Shown: positions 58,560-64,000 of the stretch, piece after piece | Layout: each line of letters starts with the position of its first letter | Position numbering within the stretch: the stretch's first letter is position 1 | From: Acidobacteriota bacterium | Lineage (GTDB): Bacteria; Acidobacteriota; Thermoanaerobaculia; UBA5066 | DNA length: 64,000 bases | NCBI GenBank assembly: GCA_030278895.1 | Contig: JARXKK010000001.1 | Location: 16,565 to 80,564 of the forward strand | Direction: 5' to 3' | The notes under the pieces: generated by a model | Databases searched by the model: none | What the model saw: only the letters and a program-made list of their open reading frames with translations | Told to the model about the DNA's origin: nothing | Program-made: the position numbers and the translations under genes

Positions 58560-59306
58560 TCACTCTTTCTTCCCGCCTTCGTATCCGAGAAACGCAGCGA
58601 CCGGATCCGCCAGGGTCGGCGGCACGTTCGCGACAAAGCCTTCCGCATGTTCCACGTTCGCAATCCTCCCGAGCGCGCGCGATCGGGCTTCGATCCCGTC
58701 GAAAAAGCCCTTCGATGAGACATACGTCTCGGGCTCCCGCGAGTTTTCGTCGTGAAACTGGCTCCGATACGCGCGGAGGGCCGCGATCTTCGTCGCGAAC
58801 GACGCCGAGACGTCCACGAGGAACGTGGGCGACGCGAAGACGTACGCCGCATAGAAGACCACCTGGTCGGGGCGGTGCGGCGGGAGGCCCGTCTCGAGCT
58901 TCGCGAGCCCCGCGTACCAAGACGCGTCGGAGACGAGGCGGCTCGCGCGGACGTGATCCGGATGGCGATCCGCCACGAGGGGCGCGAGGACGAGCCGCGG
59001 GCGCGCGCGGCGCACGGCGTCCACGACCAGGCTCTGGGCCGCGCGATCCGTCCGGAGGTCACCGTCGCCGAGGTCCAGGTTCGTGCGGAAACGCGCGCCC
59101 AGAATCCGGGCGGCCTCCGCAGCCTCCCGGGCGCGCAGCTCGGGCGTCCCGCGCGTCCCCATCTCGCCGCGGGTCAGGTCCACGATGCCGAAGCTCGACC
59201 CGCGCGCCGCGAGGGCCGCGAGGGTCCCGCCGCAACCCAGCTCGACGTCGTCCGGGTGCGGCCCGAAGGCCAGGATCTCGACGGGTTCCACGCTCGTCGC
59301 CGTCAT
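58560..59306 (-). CDS. bshB: N-acetyl-alpha-D-glucosaminyl L-malate deacetylase (LmbE/PIG-L family)
   Basis: ILAFGPHPDDVELGCGGT and the downstream HPDH motif. The start is taken at MTATSV (ATGA overlap with bshC). Confidence 0.85.
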   Translation of the reverse strand: MTATSVEPVEILAFGPHPDDVELGCGGTLAALAARGSSFGIVDLTRGEMGTRGTPELRAREAAEAARILGARFRTNLDLGDGDLRTDRAAQSLVVDAVRRARPRLVLAPLVADRHPDHVRASRLVSDASWYAGLAKLETGLPPHRPDQVVFYAAYVFASPTFLVDVSASFATKIAALRAYRSQFHDENSREPETYVSSKGFFDGIEARSRALGRIANVEHAEGFVANVPPTLADPVAAFLGYEGGKKE

Positions 59307-60880
59307 AGCTCGATCACCTGAAGGCCGGGCTCGTTCCACTTCAGCTCTCGGCGAAGGGCTCCCACGAGGGCGCCACGGCCGAATCGCAGGGCATACGGCA
59401 GAGCCGGGTAGACGCGTTCGGCCAATGTTCCTCGTGGAAGAATCTCTTCCGCGAGGCGGGCCACCTGCGCGGCCGTCCGTTCGTCGGCGCGCCCCGCGGC
59501 GCTGGCCGTTTTTTCCGCAAGCTTCTCGAAGGCGAAGGCCGTCTTTTCGCGCGTCGTCTCGACCGCCTTCTCGAGCGACGGGTCCACGCCGAGAAGATCC
59601 GGCCTCAGCGAGAGAAGATTCCTCACCGCGTCATCGCCGACCGCGCTGAGGCGCGCGAGAAGCGTCCGGACTTCTCCCGAACCCTTCTTTCGGAGCATGG
59701 CCTCCGGTCCCTCGAGGACGTCTGCGACGGAGAGACTGAGCTTCTCGAGCCCCCTCTTGGCCGACGGAGACAGCAACGCCACGAGCGGCCGCGGAACGAG
59801 AACGGGGGGGACGAGCCCCGCCCAGGCGAAGAGCGGCCAGGCTTGCGCCCAGTACGCGATCTCGGCCGGGCCGAGGATCGTCGCGACGACGGGATAGAGC
59901 GTCGAGGCCGCGAGCGGGCGCGTGAGCGCCGAGAAGGACGGCAGCCAGTCTCCGCCCGCGAAGCGCGAGACGACGTCCTCGGCTTCGAACGACCCGTCGC
60001 GCCCCTTGAGCGCGAGCCTCCCGCCCGATTCGACGAGGAGCAGGCGGTCTTCGCCGACCCGCGCGAAGAGCGGCAGCGCGGCGGGGTCCGATTTGACCTG
60101 AAGAGGGTGCCCCGCGGCCTCGAGCGCCGCCCCGCGCTCTCCGAGAATCCGCTTGACCTCCGCGCGCTCACGCACGATGCGCGAGGCGAGCGGCACGAGG
60201 AACGTCTTGTCGGCGGCGCTGGCCGCATCCACGACGGGCATGGCCTCCCGGCCCTCGCCGCCGAGGAGCCAGGCGAGCGTCGCGGAGAACGCATCGAAAA
60301 ACGTCGCGTCCCGATGCGCAGCGGTCAAAGCCGCCACCGCCTCCTCGTCCGGTGGTTGCGCGAGGCCGGCGGCAGCCGCCGCCACGAGCGCGCCAACGTC
60401 CACACCGATCGGGAGCCGGCCCACGGGCCGGTGATTCCCCGCGAGCGGGCCGGCTTCGGGACCGAAGTCCTTCGGTCCCTCCGGAGTCGGCAAGACGAGT
60501 CGCGTGACCTCCACGAGGTCGTGGTCTTCCGACGCGCACCAGAAAGCGGCGCCGGCCGGCGTCCCGGCGGCATCGAGCTCCGCCGCGAGCTTCTCTGCCG
60601 CGAGAGCTTTAACGAGCGTCAGCAGCGGGCCGCCGAAGAGTCCCGCCTGTTGTCCCGTCAGGATGGCCGCGCGCTCGCCGCGGGCGAGGGATGCGAGCGC
60701 GGGGCTCGCCTCGGTCCCGGCGCGCGGAACGAACGCGGCGCGGACCTCCCGCGCGCGCGTGCGAATCGCCTTCGGGTCCGGGCGATCCGGAAGGAAGGCG
60801 CGGACGTCGGGATCGCCCGTCGCGAGGCCACGCGCGAGCGCGGGAATTCCCGGAACCCGGGAGAGCGGAATTGCCGTCAT
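59303..60880 (-). CDS. bshC: bacillithiol biosynthesis cysteine-adding enzyme
   Basis: AILTGQQAGLFGGPLLTLVKAL is the BshC signature; 525 aa. Confidence 0.85.
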   Translation of the reverse strand: MTAIPLSRVPGIPALARGLATGDPDVRAFLPDRPDPKAIRTRAREVRAAFVPRAGTEASPALASLARGERAAILTGQQAGLFGGPLLTLVKALAAEKLAAELDAAGTPAGAAFWCASEDHDLVEVTRLVLPTPEGPKDFGPEAGPLAGNHRPVGRLPIGVDVGALVAAAAAGLAQPPDEEAVAALTAAHRDATFFDAFSATLAWLLGGEGREAMPVVDAASAADKTFLVPLASRIVRERAEVKRILGERGAALEAAGHPLQVKSDPAALPLFARVGEDRLLLVESGGRLALKGRDGSFEAEDVVSRFAGGDWLPSFSALTRPLAASTLYPVVATILGPAEIAYWAQAWPLFAWAGLVPPVLVPRPLVALLSPSAKRGLEKLSLSVADVLEGPEAMLRKKGSGEVRTLLARLSAVGDDAVRNLLSLRPDLLGVDPSLEKAVETTREKTAFAFEKLAEKTASAAGRADERTAAQVARLAEEILPRGTLAERVYPALPYALRFGRGALVGALRRELKWNEPGLQVIEL

Positions 60881-61665
60881 CGCCCGCCCTCGCCGGGCGC
60901 CCGGGCAATCGACTTCGTCGCGAGGAGGATCAGGCGCGGCGACTTGCCCCGGTCGAACGGCGTGCCGTCGAAATTCCCGTATGCCGCGCGCACGGTAAGC
61001 CCGGCCGCCCGATGCAGGCTCCGAAGCTCGTGCTCCGTGTAGGCGCGCACGCGCTCCTTGAACACGCGCTTTTCCTCGCCGGAGCCCATCTCGATCTCCT
61101 TCTCCACGCGCCGGGTCGCCGCATCGTACCGTCGGCGGATGCTCACGCGGGCGCCGGCCACGGTTTTTTCCTCACGCACGGCAAGCGCCCCGATGACGCG
61201 CTCGGCGTTGAAGACGTCCGAGAGGAAAGCGCCCCCGGGCACGAGCAGGCGCGCGACTTCCTGGACCACGCGCGCGTCGTCTGCGAGATCGTCGAAGTAG
61301 CCGAACGACGTGAAGAAGTTCACGACGGCCCCGAACGAGCCCGTGCGGAAGGGAAGCCGCCGCATGTCCGAGCGGACCCAGGAGGGGCGCGCCGGCCCCT
61401 GGCGTTGTCGGGCCTGAAGGAGGAGCCGCGCGGAGAGATCGAGCCCGACGACACCACCGAGCCCTTCGTGCAGCGCGACCGCGTGACGCCCCGTTCCGCA
61501 CGCGAGATCGAGAAACCGCAGGCGGCCGAGCCGCGCATATGGCGCCAGCAGCCCGCCCACGAAGACCGCCTGCTGGCGGGCCTCGCGATCGTCACGCTCG
61601 GGATAGAGAGCGAGGTATTCCTCGCCGAACCATTCCGCGTACCAGGGGTCGCGCTCGATGGTCAT
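60877..61665 (-). CDS. class I SAM-dependent methyltransferase
   Basis: FLDLACGTGRH (motif I) and VVNFFTSFGYF are present. The start codon abuts the U-tract of the terminator hairpin, so the true start may be internal. Confidence 0.65.
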   Translation of the reverse strand: MTIERDPWYAEWFGEEYLALYPERDDREARQQAVFVGGLLAPYARLGRLRFLDLACGTGRHAVALHEGLGGVVGLDLSARLLLQARQRQGPARPSWVRSDMRRLPFRTGSFGAVVNFFTSFGYFDDLADDARVVQEVARLLVPGGAFLSDVFNAERVIGALAVREEKTVAGARVSIRRRYDAATRRVEKEIEMGSGEEKRVFKERVRAYTEHELRSLHRAAGLTVRAAYGNFDGTPFDRGKSPRLILLATKSIARAPGEGGR

Positions 61666-61694
61666 GAAAAAGAGGGCTCCGCAGCGCGGAGCCC
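61666..61694 (-). terminator. rho-independent terminator downstream of atpC
   Basis: On the minus strand GGGCTCCGC-GCT-GCGGAGCCC (9-bp perfect stem, 3-nt loop) is followed by TCTTTTTC. Confidence 0.65.
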
Positions 61695-61840
61695 TGGTAG
61701 GAGGCAGGAGGTGTCGTGTCGATCCGGCGCGCCCTTTCGGCGCCCACCGGGCCTACACACCACCATCGCAAGCCCCGTGCCCGAGCGTCCGGTCCCGCGC
61801 GGGGGCGTCATGCCATGCCTCTTGTCGCCTTTTGCAGGGT

Positions 61841-62248
61841 TCAGCCCGGCCGTACCACGGCGAGGCGCGCGTCCGCGAAGCGGGCATCCGCGTCCGCGGC
61901 GTCGAGCTCCTCGTCCCCCGCGGCTCGATCCCGGCGACCCTCGGCTTCCTGCTTCACGGCGGAGACCGCGGCCGCATCGATGACGTCCGGCGCGGCGGCG
62001 TCGTCCGCGAGAACCCTGACGGCGTCGCCGGCGATCTCCACGAAACCGCCGCGCACCGCGACGGCCGCGCGGCGCGACCCGTCGCGATAGCCCACGACGC
62101 CGACGCCGAGGAGCGCGATCAACGGCGTGTGTCCCGGCAGGATCCCGATCTCGCCCCGCTGGGCCGGCAGTGTCACTTCGTCGCACGCCACCGCCTGGAG
62201 TACGGCACGCTCCGGCGTGACGACGGTCAGCGAGAGGCGTCCGTCCAA
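61841..62248 (-). CDS. atpC: F0F1 ATP synthase subunit epsilon
   Basis: LSLTVVTPERAVLQAVACDEVTLPAQRGEIGILPGHTPLIALL. Confidence 0.85.
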   Translation of the reverse strand: MDGRLSLTVVTPERAVLQAVACDEVTLPAQRGEIGILPGHTPLIALLGVGVVGYRDGSRRAAVAVRGGFVEIAGDAVRVLADDAAAPDVIDAAAVSAVKQEAEGRRDRAAGDEELDAADADARFADARLAVVRPG

Positions 62249-62249
62249 C

Positions 62250-63695
<1,446 letters not shown>

Positions 63696-63727
63696 CTAGC
63701 CTTTCCGTACGGAGAGCGGGGCCGTTC

Positions 63728-64000
63728 TCATTCCAGAGCAGCCGCGCCCGAGACGATCTCGATGAGCTCTTTCGTGATGCGCGCCTGCCGCGCGCGGTTG
63801 TAGGTGAGGGTCAGGGAATCGATCATGTCGCCCGCGTTCTTCGTGGCGCTGTCCATCGCGGTCATCTGGGCCGCGAAGAACGCCGCCTGCGACTCGAGGA
63901 TCGCGCGGTACATCTGGAACTCCAGGAAACGCGGGAGGAGCGTCCCGAGGATCTCCTCGGGCGAAGGCTCGTAGAGGTAGTCGGCGCCGCCGGCCGCGTT
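63728..64000 (-). CDS. atpG: F0F1 ATP synthase subunit gamma, 3'-partial gene (C-terminal end; the 5' end lies outside the window)
   Basis: The C-terminus ..[28 protein letters not shown] matches gamma subunits. The frame is open to the window edge. Confidence 0.9.
   Translation of the reverse strand, partial: NAAGGADYLYEPSPEEILGTLLPRFLEFQMYRAILESQAAFFAAQMTAMDSATKNAGDMIDSLTLTYNRARQARITKELIEIVSGAAALE

Overview
High-GC (~70%) bacterial chromosomal segment with dense, mostly syntenic housekeeping and envelope genes. No transposase, integrase, phage or CRISPR signal was seen. The ORF track contains many long R/A/P-rich alternate-frame artefacts typical of high-GC DNA; these were not called.

In order along the window: 3' end of metH; a LiaF-like membrane protein, a LytS-type histidine kinase and a LytTR response regulator; a doubtful small ORF carrying a low-GC island; an SDR/thioester-reductase-like protein; vapBC; a cytochrome bc operon (lipoprotein, TAT-Rieske, and a fused cytochrome b6/subunit-IV/di-haem c); a large glycosylation island (Zn-ribbon SAM methyltransferase, DPM1-like GT2, three giant GT-C/GT39 PMT/ArnT-like membrane glycosyltransferases with PA14, beta-propeller and NHL C-terminal fusions, and an SGNH hydrolase); an alpha/beta hydrolase; an NCS1 permease; dinB; a candidate ArsC/Spx-family selenoprotein; a FAD oxidoreductase; a second glycosylation module (DUF2298/YYY, TIGR03663-like GT-C, ArnC-like GT2, membrane fatty-acid desaturase); a fused E1 alpha/beta 2-oxoacid dehydrogenase; a membrane alpha/beta hydrolase; a membrane AlkP-superfamily protein; pyrK-pyrD-pyrF; a long minus-strand string (small ORF, ArsA-like ATPase with Hsp20-like tail, PAP2, hslR, DUF4845, lepB, lepA, secreted protein, FHA-HtrA protease, tsaD, mtnA); pgk-tpiA-secG-tRNA-Leu(GAG); DUF4097; an RDD protein; adenosine deaminase; the bacillithiol operon bshC-bshB-bshA; a SAM methyltransferase; a rho-independent terminator; and atpC-atpD-atpG(partial).

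The most notable observation is the candidate selenoprotein: its in-frame TGA aligns with the first Cys of the family CxxC motif, and a SECIS-like hairpin follows it. Second is the unusually rich GT-C glycosylation island. Coordinates of manually refined starts may be off by +/-1 nt. Family assignments are from motif recognition, not database searches.
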